64,000 nt of DNA from Planktothrix sp. GU0601_MAG3. GTDB taxonomy: Bacteria; Cyanobacteriota; Cyanobacteriia; Cyanobacteriales; Microcoleaceae. Positions 34,514-46,600 of this stretch are shown here, in pieces. The stretch's first letter is position 1; the number at the start of each line of letters is the position of its first letter. Under the pieces are notes generated by a model that searched no databases, was not told where the DNA came from, and was given only the letters and a program-made list of their open reading frames with translations. The DNA lies in assembly GCA_035193785.1 (NCBI GenBank), contig CP136572.1, positions 3,380,578 through 3,444,577 of the forward strand. Reading direction: 5' to 3'. Position numbers and translations under genes: made by a program.

Positions 34514-34811
34514 TAGGTAATAGGTAATGGGTAATAGGTAATGGGTAATGGGTAATGGGTAATAGGTAATGGGTAATAGGTAATAGGTAATGGGTAATAG
34601 GTAATGGGTAATAGGTAATAGGTAATAGGTAATAGGTAATAAAAAGAGTTTACCTCCCCTGCCTCCCCTGCTCCCCCTGCTCCCCCTGCTCCCCCTGCTC
34701 CCCCTGCTCCCCCTGCTCCCCCTGCCTCCCCTGCCTCCCCTGCTCCCCCTGCCTCCCCTGCTCCCCCTGCTCCCCCTGCCTCCCCTGCCTCCCCTGCTCC
34801 CTGTTCCCTGC
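34481..34811. repeat. Compound tandem repeat block: GGTAATA/G heptamers followed by CTCCCCCTG nonamers
   Basis: About 20 heptamers then about 16 nonamers between convergent genes. Confidence 0.92.
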
Positions 34812-34839
34812 TATACTTTCTCCCTTACAATTGGTACAG

Positions 34840-35774
34840 TTAAATGTGATCAGAAAAGACCTGAGTTCCTTTCTCGGCTTCTAAACTATCTCCTTTATTT
34901 TGGCCGTCGTGGAAGGCGCAAAGAATCACATCACAGGTTTTTCCCCAGGCGAGCGCCCCAGTTCGATCAATCCCAATCGCTCCAAAATCCCGTTGATGCT
35001 CGTGGGCTTCGGCGAAGGATTTTTTAAAGGCGGTCTGTAAAGACTGACCATCGGTGACTCGGATGACAATTTTAGCGGCTAAACACTCATCGAGAATATC
35101 TTCCCCAATGCCTGTACAACTCACCCCGGCTTGAGTGGTGGCATAATTTCCGGCGGGAGTGGCGGAGTCGCTGACCCGACCAATACGCTCAAACCCCTTA
35201 CCCCCGGTGGATGTCCCGGCGACTAATTGACCCTTTTGATCCAGGGCCACAACCCCGATGGTTCCGGTTCCCGCAGGTTCGGAGACGACATTGGCCATGG
35301 TGCGCCTAAAATTGTCCTTGCGGTCTTCTAGCCATTCCTGCAAACGTTGGTCGGTGAGGGGGTTATAGAGGGGTAATTGCAGTTCCCGGGCTAACTCGGC
35401 GGCACCATAATCGGATAAAACGTGATCGGGGGCTTCTTGTAAGACGACGGCTAAATCAATCGGATTTTTCACCCGGGAAACGTTAATCACGCCACTGAAG
35501 CGTTGGAGGGTTTTCCATCCATTAAGGCGGCACTCATCCGAATTTGGCCATCGGATTGCAGCACCGAACCTGTGCCCGCATTGAACCGAGGATCGTTTTC
35601 TAGGAGTTGACAGCCCCGGACTACCGCTTCCTTAGCACTGGCTCCCCGGAGGAGGAGGGGATAAACTTGGTCAATCACTTGATAGAGGGATTTGCGTACA
35701 GCTTCTAATCCTCCTTTTCCTTGGAGAGAACTACCAGCACCGCCATGAATAATGAGTTTTGGTTGAACGGCCAT
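34840..35774 (-). CDS. Isoaspartyl peptidase/L-asparaginase; frameshift at ~35512
   Basis: Motifs [22 protein letters not shown] and TSTGG. Confidence 0.9.
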
Positions 35775-35798
35775 GAATGTCTTGATAAAGGATAATTT

Positions 35799-35945
35799 TT
35801 AGGTAGAACGGCGACGACGACAACGTTCGGAACAATATTTGACTTCCTCCCAACAGTCGGCCCATTTTTTTCGCCAGGTGAAGGGGCGATCGCAAACGGG
35901 ACAGGTCTTAGTCGGTAAGTCGGACTTCGATCGCTGGCGTGCCAT
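35799..35945 (-). CDS. DUF2256 small Cys-rich protein (48 aa, below the ORF track cutoff)
   Basis: [48 protein letters not shown]. Confidence 0.88.
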   Translation of the reverse strand: MARQRSKSDLPTKTCPVCDRPFTWRKKWADCWEEVKYCSERCRRRRST

Positions 35946-35992
35946 GCTAAGTTATTGGAGTCGCTTTAATCAGGGATGATCATATCATTTCC

Positions 35993-36757
35993 ATGTCACA
36001 GACCGTACCGTATACCCCCTTAACCCCGATCCGAATTGTGTTAGTGGAACCCGCAGGGCCTTTAAATGTGGGTTCTGTTGCCCGGGTGATGAAGAATATG
36101 GGGCTTGGGCAGTTAGTTTTAGTTAATCCTCAGTGTGATCCCCTGGGGGATGAAGCGAAAAGAATGGCTGTTCATGCTGGGGATATTTTAGAAGGAGCGA
36201 TCACGGTGTCTTCTTTACCGGAGGCTTTAGTGGGATGTCAACGGGCGATCGCCACTACAGCCAGATCTAGATCCGATGCTTTACCTACGGATTTAGAAGA
36301 TCCTAGAACGGTTTTACCTTGGTTATTAGATTGTCCCTCGGCTTTGATTTTTGGGCCGGAAGATCGGGGGTTAAGTAATGATGAATTGAGTTATGCTCAA
36401 AGGTTGCTGCGAATTCGGTCTAGTTCCGTTTATCCGTCTTTAAATTTAGCCCAGTCCGTGGGGGTGTGTTGCTACGAGTTACGATATTCTGTGTTAGAAC
36501 TTCAAGAGAGTATAAAAAACTCTATAGAAATCCCCCCGGCTTCTACTGTTCCCTTGGAGGTGTTAGAAGGTTATTATCAACAGTTGGAAGCAATGTTACT
36601 CAAGATTGGATATGTCTATCCCCATACCGCTAATAGTCGGATGAAAAAGTTTCGGCGTTTGTATAATCGAGCTAATTTAACCTCTGAAGAAGTTATGATG
36701 TTACGCGGTATTCTAAGTCAAGTAGAATGGGCGTTATCGGTAATCAGTCATCAGTAA
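35993..36757 (+). CDS. trmJ: TrmJ/LasT family SPOUT RNA methyltransferase
   Basis: Motifs NVGSVARVMKN, FGPEDRGL and SLNLAQ. Confidence 0.85.
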   Translation: MSQTVPYTPLTPIRIVLVEPAGPLNVGSVARVMKNMGLGQLVLVNPQCDPLGDEAKRMAVHAGDILEGAITVSSLPEALVGCQRAIATTARSRSDALPTDLEDPRTVLPWLLDCPSALIFGPEDRGLSNDELSYAQRLLRIRSSSVYPSLNLAQSVGVCCYELRYSVLELQESIKNSIEIPPASTVPLEVLEGYYQQLEAMLLKIGYVYPHTANSRMKKFRRLYNRANLTSEEVMMLRGILSQVEWALSVISHQ

Positions 36758-36835
36758 TCAGTAATTAGTCGAGCAGTTAACCAATTTCCCCTTAACTGTT
36801 AACTGAAAAGTAAAATTATAGTCAGGTGTTTAGGT

Positions 36836-38329
36836 GTGGCTCAACGATCTCCTCGTCAGTCGTTATTTTCAATCTTTTCCTTTAATAAGTCTGGCTCTAA
36901 GTCTTCTGAGCCAAAATCCCGCAATGGGAAGGCGTCTCCACCGCAACCGAGGCGCCAATCTCGTCGTGATCCGGTAAAAACGGCTTCCCGTCGCTCTCCA
37001 TCCCCGGAACAACGGCAGAATAATGATTTGGGTCGTTCGGAGTCTTTTGATCCCCTACTTTCCCAACTGCGGCCAAAAGCCGTTCCGCCTAAATCTCGCA
37101 AACCTAGACCGACCCGGGGTAAACGCCCGTCTAATGGGGCTGCTGGTGCTTCTGTTGTACCCTTTCGTAAGCCTGCTGACCCGTCTCCCCGTGGTTCCCG
37201 CAGACCTCCGGGGGATATGGTTCCGGCGGCAACCTCTCCCCTTGCCCCTAGGGATAAATCCGTAAAACGGGTTAGAAAAAAACGTCGGGTGTCTCCGATG
37301 GTTTATGCCACCCGGTTACTAATTTTAGGGATAGGAATTGGTGTGATTTCGGGGACAATTCTTTCGGCTTTAAATGCTTTAGGTCGTTCTAGTGTCGCAG
37401 CCGATCAAACGGTGAATTTAAGTCTGGAACAACAACAAAATTCTAAGTCTTCTGATGCTTTAGTTTCATCCCTCAAATTAACTCAAGAAGCTGCGGATTT
37501 GAAAACGGCAATTCTGGGTTTAGCGAAGGATTCACCTAAGTTAAAACCCGTTGTATTTTTAGTGGATTTAGATACGGGAAATTATGTAGATATTGAAGGT
37601 GAAAATCCTGTTCCTGCCGCTAGTACAATTAAAGTTCCGATTTTAGTATCATTTTTCCAAGCGGTTGATGAAGGCAGACTAAGTTTAGATGAAATATTGA
37701 CAATGGAGGAAAAACACATTGCCAAGGGGTCTGGAGAACTGCAAGATAAACCCGTGGGGAGTAAATTTACAGCCCTAGAAACAGCGAATTTAATGATTAC
37801 CAACAGTGATAATACCGCAACAAATATGTTAGTTGATCGGTTGGGTGGTATTGAATCCTTGAATCAACAGTTTGCCAGTTGGCAATTAAAACAAACTCAA
37901 ATGCAAAATATTCTTCCTGATTTGGAAGGAACAAATAAAACCAGTGCTAAAGATTTAGTTAATTTAATGGCGGAAATCAATCAAGGAAAGTTAATTTCTT
38001 TGAAATCCCGTGATCTGATGTTAAGAATTATGGGGCAAACTCGCAATCGTTCTTTATTACCTAGTGGTTTAGGATCGGGGGCGTTTATTGCTCATAAAAC
38101 GGGCAATATTGACTCAGTTTCTGGGGATATTGGTTTAATTGATATGCCTAATGGTAAACGCTATTTAGTTGGAGTTTTGGTAAAACGAGAAGCGGATGAT
38201 CCCCAAGCTAATGAACTAATTCGTCAAATTTCTTCTACTATTTATCAATATTTTGATACTGCTACCGACCCCGAACCCATTTCTGAGTCGCCAACTTCCC
38301 CCGATCAGGTTCAAAATGATCAACCCTAA
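36836..38329 (+). CDS. Serine hydrolase (class A beta-lactamase fold) with a basic disordered N-terminus and TM helix
   Basis: STIK, SDN and KTG motifs. Confidence 0.85.
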   Translation: MAQRSPRQSLFSIFSFNKSGSKSSEPKSRNGKASPPQPRRQSRRDPVKTASRRSPSPEQRQNNDLGRSESFDPLLSQLRPKAVPPKSRKPRPTRGKRPSNGAAGASVVPFRKPADPSPRGSRRPPGDMVPAATSPLAPRDKSVKRVRKKRRVSPMVYATRLLILGIGIGVISGTILSALNALGRSSVAADQTVNLSLEQQQNSKSSDALVSSLKLTQEAADLKTAILGLAKDSPKLKPVVFLVDLDTGNYVDIEGENPVPAASTIKVPILVSFFQAVDEGRLSLDEILTMEEKHIAKGSGELQDKPVGSKFTALETANLMITNSDNTATNMLVDRLGGIESLNQQFASWQLKQTQMQNILPDLEGTNKTSAKDLVNLMAEINQGKLISLKSRDLMLRIMGQTRNRSLLPSGLGSGAFIAHKTGNIDSVSGDIGLIDMPNGKRYLVGVLVKREADDPQANELIRQISSTIYQYFDTATDPEPISESPTSPDQVQNDQP

Positions 38330-38412
38330 TTAATTGTAGGGTACAGGGATATTTGCCCACGCACCATCTAACAATTCAAAGATAATTTTTATAGAACAAA
38401 AAACAATATTCT

Positions 38413-38775
38413 CTAAAAAAGAGATAAACCTAAACTAAACCCTGGTAATATCTCCTCCCCAGATAATTCCGTAGGAAGATTTCTCAATTCTACGGGTTTT
38501 TTAAGGCGATAAATTTCTACCTGTTGCTGTTGAGGATTAATTAACCAACCTAATCAGGACTTACGCAGTTACGCTATATGTAGCGTACTAATGAGTTGGC
38601 GCTCGCGCTCGTAACTCAAACGAGATCGCTTTAACAGGACAACTTCTTTAAGATTACCTCGATTCAAGTAGGGGCGAATGGCCATTCGCCCCTACCGCTT
38701 GATGTTAGTTGATAGAAACTGTTCATCACTAAGTTTAACCCTATCTAGGTTTAATATCACAGGACTAATAACCAT
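38413..38775 (-). pseudogene. Uma2 paralog with its centre replaced by a repeat-derived insert
   Basis: 38406-38554 matches 49507-49655 and 38707-38790 matches 50022-50102. The middle 38555-38706 is unrelated. Confidence 0.85.
38668..38695. repeat. Perfect GTAG-class REP-like palindrome
   Basis: GTAGGGGCGAATGG-CCATTCGCCCCTAC. Confidence 0.85.
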
Positions 38776-38826
38776 AATCTTAGTCTCAATGGGCGATCGC
38801 TATTTATAATTATATTATAGCAATTT

Positions 38827-39399
38827 TTATTGCAACTTTTGGGTTAGATTCCAACAGCCATTCCGATGCTCAAAAATATAAGCTCCAGGTTCTCCATAGG
38901 TGTAATCTAAATATTCTTCTCCTTCCTTATTAGGATCATAAGCATAGTGAGCTTTGATATAATTGACTCGAAAAGTATTATTATTCAGGCGAATTAAGTC
39001 AATTTGCAAGCGGGTATAGGGACTATTATCTACAGGAGAAGGAACAAGTTGTACCCAACGATAATCCCTAAGATTAATGCTAAATTCATCATCTTTTTTA
39101 TTGAGAGTTCCTATCAGATAACTGGGATTTTCATAATCTCGGACTTCGATGATATCGGCTGTATAGGTTAAGCGTGTTTCGTTTCCTTGATAATCTTGAC
39201 CCCGGACAAAATTTTCAAAAAAACTTCTGTATTCATCGGGGGAACAATACGGCGGTAAACTCGAAGCAGTTTTAGGTTGAACTTGAGCGTTAGCAGACGG
39301 TAATAAATTGGAGGTGATAATAGGTTTAATAGGGCTTACTAAAATAGTAATTATTAGAACCGTTATTGTATTTGAAATCTTCCTAAATTTAATAGACAT
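38827..39399 (-). CDS. Hypothetical secreted protein
   Basis: 190 aa ORF with a signal-like N-terminus and C-terminal Y.FEHRNGCW.L. Confidence 0.6.
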   Translation of the reverse strand: MSIKFRKISNTITVLIITILVSPIKPIITSNLLPSANAQVQPKTASSLPPYCSPDEYRSFFENFVRGQDYQGNETRLTYTADIIEVRDYENPSYLIGTLNKKDDEFSINLRDYRWVQLVPSPVDNSPYTRLQIDLIRLNNNTFRVNYIKAHYAYDPNKEGEEYLDYTYGEPGAYIFEHRNGCWNLTQKLQ

Positions 39400-39466
39400 G
39401 ATAAGATCAATAAAATAGGGATATATTTGAGATCAGGAGTTATGAAAAATGCAATTTAATCCCATT

Positions 39467-39974
39467 TTAAAGCCCACAGGTAGATACAAAAAGCCTCTCC
39501 CTAATGATTGCCCATTCTTTGGCTTCAGAAGTCCCAGGACTAAGTTTTTTCCCTATGAGTTGAGGATAGCGATTATAAAAAATTATATCTGCTAAATAAT
39601 CATAGGGGTTAGAATAGGAGTTAGGCATACCTTGAAAATTGAAGTCCCAAAGATCTTCAGGTTTCCTGTTCTGCACCGTGACAAACTTCCTGAGTAGGTC
39701 TGATCATGGGTGCAATAACAGCGCGTAAATTTTCCCATTCCCGAATATATTCTCGATCTCTGCTGGTTAGTTTGCGACCCTGTAATTCAGGATTAACTTG
39801 ATAGAAGAAATGATCAGTATACTCATCAATTAAATCGGCAGGAGCTTGGCGGAAAACTTGGGTTAACTCAGTATTAATATGGTGGGGGATTGCATTTGCT
39901 ATGGTGACATTAAAAAACAAAGTCCCCGATAGCAGGCAGAGTAAGGAAAATTTTGAGAGAGTTCCCATGATCAT
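39467..39974 (-). CDS. Hypothetical secreted protein with a duplicated motif; frameshift at ~39663
   Basis: Signal peptide, and D..FY...P.L.G.KL......EW present twice. Confidence 0.65.
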
Positions 39975-40018
39975 TATACTATCTCAGTTGAAAAAGGCTA
40001 AAAATACTCAATAAAAAA

Positions 40019-41477
40019 TTATTGAATATCAACATAAATATTTTTTTCGTATTGTTTAAACTCGTCATCAATATTATATAATAAATTGCGAATTTGTTGG
40101 CGAAGTTCTCGAGCGGGTTCTAAACAATCCCGTTGATAATCTTGTAAGGTTAATTCCAGATGGGGATAAAGTAATTTTAAAAATCCCGATGCCGTTTTGA
40201 TAATGGCTTGTTGATCTCGGATCGTGATATTATCACCAAATTGAGTATGTTGTTGGACATATTGATTAAAGCGAGTATCTTTTCTTAAAGATAATAATAC
40301 CTCCCCAAAAAAATCCATTTTTAACCCGATTTGATCAGCAATCATATCGCTTTGAAATTTAGGAATTTCCCACCCAGGTAAAATCCCAGCAAAACGATCT
40401 AACAGTGCTGTTTCCGAGAAGAAATTAGGCAAATTTGCCATTAAATTATATTCATTTTTAGGACGTAGATATTCATTTAGTTCGATGTTACCTAATAATA
40501 CTAAAGAACAATCACTAGCAATATCAGCAAATCCTGAACGATTATAACGTCCATTAGCCAGATAGGTTTTTAAAGGCCCAATAATTTCATCAGGATTGTC
40601 AAAGGTTAAACTTTGAACTTCATCTAAAACCACGACATCATAACGCCCTAATAAACCAACTTCTTTAGTTCTTCCATTAATAAATAATTGAGAAGGGGTT
40701 ACTTTTCCTCCACTAATCACAGAAACTTTATTATTAATATTTTCATAAACAAAGCTTTTTCCCGTACCCTTTGGGGCTAATTCGATTAAATGATAATTAG
40801 ATTCTACTAAAGGTAATAAACGAGTTAAAATCCAGGTTTTGGCTCGATGATGATAGCTGGGATGTTCGGGATTAAAACCCATGGAACAAAACATTAAATC
40901 TCGCCATTGTTCTGTGGTAAAGTTTGAACGACATTCAGCATAAGTAGTGAGGTTAACTTCAGAACATTGGAAGGGGTCAAAATCAATCACGGAGAATTTG
41001 AATTTATCATCCGTAGTATTTTTATATCTTAAAGTAATTTTACCCCATACTCCCTGTCTCAATAACATTTGATAACGTTCTACAATATCGGTAGAAATTT
41101 CACAATCTGGGAAATTTAAAACGGGAATATTAGCTAAAGGTTCAGGAATTTGTTTAGCGTTTGGTTCCAACTTTATTCTAACTTGAAGTAAAGCAATTAA
41201 TTTATGTATTTCTCCTTGTTGAGTTAGTTTGAATTTAATTATTTCTTGATCATCTTTTCGGGGAAAAGCATTTTTCACAAAAGTATTAATTTTTTCTAGT
41301 TCTGAATCATTTAAAGTACCAGTTTCCAGGGACAATTTTATCCAGTAACCATTCAGCGACAAAACTAGGAATACCTAAAGTAGTTAATCTACTGGAGGGT
41401 AAACGTTTTTTATCTATACTTAAACTTGTAAAAATTTTAGTGACTAACTCATTGTCATAATTATTAGAAAAAGTCAT
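40019..41477 (-). CDS. brxL: BrxL-like AAA+/MCM-type ATPase (short form, ~485 aa, no Lon protease domain); frameshift at ~41324
   Basis: AGGAGG RBS and an ATG overlapping the pglZ stop. Motifs ELAPKGTGKS, VVLDE, ETALLDRF.G..PGWEIPK and RD..AI.KTASG..KLLYP. Confidence 0.85.
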
Positions 41478-43683
41478 CTAAACCTCCTTGAATACCGCTA
41501 CTAAAGATTTGTTTAATAATAATATAGGATTTTGAATCAAGATTTGATTGATCCGAATCAGTATTAGAAAAGCTAAAAGTTAATTGACCTGATAATTCAA
41601 TCTTGTTTTCATTTTGATCCGGGGGTAAATCTGGATATTCACTAATAGATATTTTCTGAGTAACTTCAGCATTCGGTTGAATGGTAATATCTAAGATTTT
41701 TCCCGTTTTAAAATCACTTAACTCATTAATGTATAAACAAAGATTAGTCAAGGATACTGGATTATGATTATGAATCGTAATCGTCAATTCTCCTGGTCGT
41801 TTTGCATTCCCTTCTCCGCTACAAGTTACTATCACTGGATAAGGTTGTAAAGATTGACTTAAAACAGAAAATCCAATCACAACTTCTTCGGGAAATAGTC
41901 CACCATGAGAACCAATAATTTGCTTATCTTTTGTATAATTAAATGCGCTAATACAGTCGGAATTTCTGACAATACTAATATCGTGAGGAAGTCCAAAACG
42001 TCTAGCGTTAAGAACAATAAAACGAGAATCATCTGTTTTCCCAATCGCCATTCTACCTTTTGATTCTAATTCTTCTGGACAATCAGATAATTTTTGCACC
42101 TCTCCCATGATTTGACCATGATCACTAGAGATAACAACTTTTAATTTTTTAGAATTAGGACAGTGCTCTAAAAAATGTTGAATATTTCTAGCAATTCCTT
42201 CTAAACGACTGATTCTTTCTACTTTATATAAAGTTTTCCAATCTTTTTCTTGATGATAAAGTTCATCTAATTGATCTGTATCCCAACAATAAATCCGATA
42301 TTTATTCTCTTTTAAATCTGGGATTAATTCATGTTTATTCTGATCAGTATAACGGTTTCCTGATTTTACCATAGAAAAACCGGATTTAGCGTTAGGTTTC
42401 CAAGATGAATTTTCTGGTAAAAGTTGAGAATAAAGACTCCATTTTGCATATTCAGTTTTGGTGGGAAGGATACTAAAGTAAGGGGTGATATCTGTTTCCA
42501 GTGATAGTTGATTATTTTGGGTCAAAATTGCAACTAATTCTTGATGATCTAACCATCCTAAACCATCAACAACTACCCAAATCACAATACTTTCCTGTGC
42601 TAATTTTAGCAATTGAGAAGTCCCATGATAATTTAAAAATGACTTGTCAACATTATCTGTTTTTAATTCGGGGTAGTTTTTTAGTATCCAGTTAACAAAA
42701 TTATCTGCTAATTGTTGACTAATTTGTTCTTCCTTGGGAGTAGGATTAATTGTTGTTTCCCAACGTCTAAAGGGTAAATAAGATTGTGTTACCCATTCTA
42801 AAGCATCTTGAGGACTCGCATCAATAGACAAGGGTAAAGGTTGAATAGGAGGTAATTTTTGCTGTAGTTGGGATGTTTTTTGATTTCCTAAATAGGAACT
42901 AATTTTATTAATTCTTTCTGGAGTGATCCAGATGGTTTTGTCCAATAAACTATCATAGGCGATGGAAGCTATTATCTGATTACCAGTTTGTTGATATAAT
43001 ATTAACTCATCTAAAATTTTAGCTTCTGTTTGATAAATTTTTTGTTCCCAAAAATCACTAAATTCCTTCAAATAAACATCAGGAATATTTAAGGGGTATT
43101 TCCCTAATATATTAATAATATCAAGATCCGAACCTAAACCCAACCAATTTATTAAAACTTGATGCTTATTTTCGCTTTGATAATAACTGATAAAATTATC
43201 ATTGTCATGGTTTTGACTAATTTTATATTTCCAAAAATCTTCAAATATTTGATAGTCTTGCTGAACTTCAATACCTAACCATTGTGCTAAATGTTCTACT
43301 GACAAATTATCAGTTAACCAAAAATTTTCTTCCGTATTCGTTACATCAGCTAATAAAGATTCAATAGGATGATTTGAAGCATAACTATCAAGCTGAATAA
43401 TATTTTTCAAAATATGTTGATCATCCCAATTATTAGGGATAGATAAAGGCGCAAAAATAGCTTTTAATTGTGGACGGGGATCTTGTTTTATCTCAACAAT
43501 TAAATCGGATTTCTTCCATACTCTTAACCATTCTTCTGTCCAATTACAGAGTCTTTTCCCTTTAATCCAATAAGCAGAAGATTCAAGCGTAAAAGATTGT
43601 AACCACTCCACTTCGTTAGTAATAACCAGATAGTCAGTAAGTGGTTGATATAATCCCGTAGGGTCTAAGATAATTTTATTCAT
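41464..43683 (-). CDS. pglZ: PglZ (alkaline phosphatase superfamily) domain protein
   Basis: Motifs VVVDGLG, ILPTKTEYAK, ISSDHG and SHGGLFPEE. Confidence 0.88.
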   Translation of the reverse strand: MNKIILDPTGLYQPLTDYLVITNEVEWLQSFTLESSAYWIKGKRLCNWTEEWLRVWKKSDLIVEIKQDPRPQLKAIFAPLSIPNNWDDQHILKNIIQLDSYASNHPIESLLADVTNTEENFWLTDNLSVEHLAQWLGIEVQQDYQIFEDFWKYKISQNHDNDNFISYYQSENKHQVLINWLGLGSDLDIINILGKYPLNIPDVYLKEFSDFWEQKIYQTEAKILDELILYQQTGNQIIASIAYDSLLDKTIWITPERINKISSYLGNQKTSQLQQKLPPIQPLPLSIDASPQDALEWVTQSYLPFRRWETTINPTPKEEQISQQLADNFVNWILKNYPELKTDNVDKSFLNYHGTSQLLKLAQESIVIWVVVDGLGWLDHQELVAILTQNNQLSLETDITPYFSILPTKTEYAKWSLYSQLLPENSSWKPNAKSGFSMVKSGNRYTDQNKHELIPDLKENKYRIYCWDTDQLDELYHQEKDWKTLYKVERISRLEGIARNIQHFLEHCPNSKKLKVVISSDHGQIMGEVQKLSDCPEELESKGRMAIGKTDDSRFIVLNARRFGLPHDISIVRNSDCISAFNYTKDKQIIGSHGGLFPEEVVIGFSVLSQSLQPYPVIVTCSGEGNAKRPGELTITIHNHNPVSLTNLCLYINELSDFKTGKILDITIQPNAEVTQKISISEYPDLPPDQNENKIELSGQLTFSFSNTDSDQSNLDSKSYIIIKQIFSSGIQGGLDDFF

Positions 43684-46600
43684 TAATTTCCTCCTCTTTA
43701 GATAAATATTCTCCTAATTTAGAATATAAAATTTGTTGTCTTTCAGGGGGAAGTTGTGTAAATAAAGCGATAATTTGACTCTCCTGACTTTCATTTTTTT
43801 GATCTATAGATCGATTTTTAATGACTTCTAATAACTGTTGATAATCAGAATAATCATCAGAGTCTTTAAAAATCAAGTCTAATTTAGCTAAGTCGGTTTG
43901 AAGTTGACTTAACTGTTGATCTGTTTCTATTTTATCAACTTGCTCTTTTAAGTTTTCAAATTGTTGTTGAAAATCAAAAACTTGATTATTAAGATCATTA
44001 ATTAATTGTTCGATTTCCGTATTAAATCTTTCAGGATAGTTAAGCTGAGAGCGTAAATTAGTGATTTTTTCAATTCCTTGTTGACATAAATTGATAGTAT
44101 TTAAAAATTTAGGATTATTTTGGCGTAACTGTTGCATAATTTCAGTATCTTGTTGTTGTTTTATTTTTTCAGGTTTCTTCTTGATTTTCAACTTCTAAAA
44201 TAATTGGCTCTAATTTATCTAATATTTGTTTAACTTTTTGAGCAGATTCAATTTGAGTAAAACGATTTTTTTGCTCACTGACTTCTTGCGACAATTTAAG
44301 AGCTTCATTTTTAGTTATCCCTGTTAATCTTTCTGACCAAATTTTAAGAGTTTTTTCTAAATCAGTTTGTTTACTTTCAATATCTTGAATGATTGTTTGA
44401 TACTGAGATTCTTGTTTAACAATTTCAAGATTATTAGTTAAGTTTTCAATTTCACTCACTGCTTTAATATAATCCTCTTGACTCGCATTTATACTCAGAG
44501 ATTTATAACGAAGGTTGATTTTTTCCAAACAGTCTTCGATTTCAGTTTGATGTTCAATTTCATCTAGTTTTCTTGTAGCAACATTCAGAGAATAATTTAA
44601 GGTTTCAATTAAACGTGGGGGTAAAGAAGAAACTTGAGTAATTTTCTCAATTGCTGTTTCAAGTTGTCCTTGATAACGTCCATATTCTTGCTGCGTTTTT
44701 AGAGATTCTGATTTGTCAGTTAATTGTATAACTGTGTCTTCAATTTTATCTTGAACCTTTTGTAAAGCAACGTCAAGCTGATGCTTTTGTTGAGAAGTAC
44801 GATTAACAACAATACTATCTGATTTAAGGGGTGACGCGAGATTAATATTTTTGGGTTGTTGTTGAAGACTAGGATAAAGTTTTAGTAAGGTTTCCAGGTT
44901 GACATCATCGAGTAAGTTTTCTGCTTCTTCTACGGGTTGAAACCAATCATTAATTTTTTTGATTTCATCTGAAAGCTGTTTTCTTTTCAGTTTAATTTCT
45001 TCTACTTTTGCTGGATCTGGATCAGCAGAATTGATAAATTGATCAATCTCTTTGATCAGCTTTTCTGCTTGATGATAATCAATTGTTACTGGTATTTCAG
45101 GACAAGCAACAGTCTGACTCCGAATTAATCGAGGTGTTTTTCCAGGGGCTAAAATCCATTTATTAACAAAATTTTGGGCTGTTTCAAATACATTAGTTGT
45201 CGCCCAATCTTTTAGCAGTTTTTCTTGAATTAATACCTGATCTTTAGTATTTTTAGGAATTCCAAAACTTCCGTGTAATATGACTTCACTCCGATAATAA
45301 ACTATCCATGCGGTAAATAACATTGTAAATGTATATTCATTATAACCAAAGGGAGAATTAGATAACTCTTGCCAAATTTTATTGATATTAATATATATGC
45401 GTTTTTTATCTCCTAAAGCTGTTAATTGATCTATTTTATCCCATGCTTCTCTAACATTTTTATTAGTAGGAATTTGTACTGAATATTTTTGAGAAGTAGT
45501 TTTAAATAATCCCCAGCTATTAACAAATACTTGGTCAACCAAAGTATTATAGGATTTACTTTTAGGAAATTTAGTAGGATTAAGCTCGTCTTCTAGTAAT
45601 CGTTGAGCTATATAACCAATTATACTATTTCCTTTACTTTGAGGCTTTAAAGCCATTTTATCACAGCTACCCAGGGGAGGCACAAAAGGATAAAGTTGTT
45701 TTAAAAGATGACTAACAATACTCTCTGGATTTTGTTTTTGAGCATTAGTGAGTTGATCTAATTCAAAACAATAATAAGTAGAAGAACCAATTGTTGCTTT
45801 AACTTCTCTTTTGATTTTTTCTTGTAGTTGTTTTTTATATTGTCCATAAGCTGTTCCTGATTCTTGTTTTTCACTTCTTGCTTTTCTGGTAATAATATCT
45901 ATTGTCAACAGGTCTTTACAGATATCTCTAATAGGTTTATCGGGAATAGCAACAGCAATCTGTTTTTGATATTTTGATTGGGAAAGCAAATCATTAATTT
46001 GATGGCGAAGCTCTTGTAATTCTTCAAGAGTTTTCGCTAAAACGTAGGCAAAAATTCCTTTTCCTTCCAGGTTTTCTACCGCTTGATGACTATTTAATAC
46101 CCGTTTTAAATCAGGAATATTATAGAATTTATATTCAAAAAACCATTCATCATTGAGTAATTTATTTTTATTAATAAAATCTGTTCCTTCTATTTTTTGA
46201 GATGGAAAATAAGTTTCAACTTCTTCTTGACAATGATCAACTGCTAAACTTACCGAGATTTCATTGAGTTTTTTATTAGCTTCTTCTTCTATTTCTTGAA
46301 TAATTTCTAGTAAATTGCTCCCTGAATAAAACCGATAAGTATTATCCCCAGCATTGGGATAAATGACTTGTTTTTTCTGAGATAATATATCTAATGTTTC
46401 TTTAGTTTCTTTTTCCGATAAACCCGTTAATTCACTAAGGATGACATCATGTTTTTCTGATTCGGATTTGTTGAGTTTATTTTGACTTACATAAAATAAT
46501 AAAAGTCCTTTTAAAACGGCTTTCTCAGCCTCCGTAGCTGAGGAAGCAATAGTATCATAGGCTTTTTGATATTCTGAATAAGGGCGAGAAAATTCTAGTT

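Noticed and set aside
32735..34811. Tandem arrays as CRISPR
   Set aside because: The units are 7-9 bp with no unique spacers, and there are no cas genes. They are typical cyanobacterial short tandem repeats
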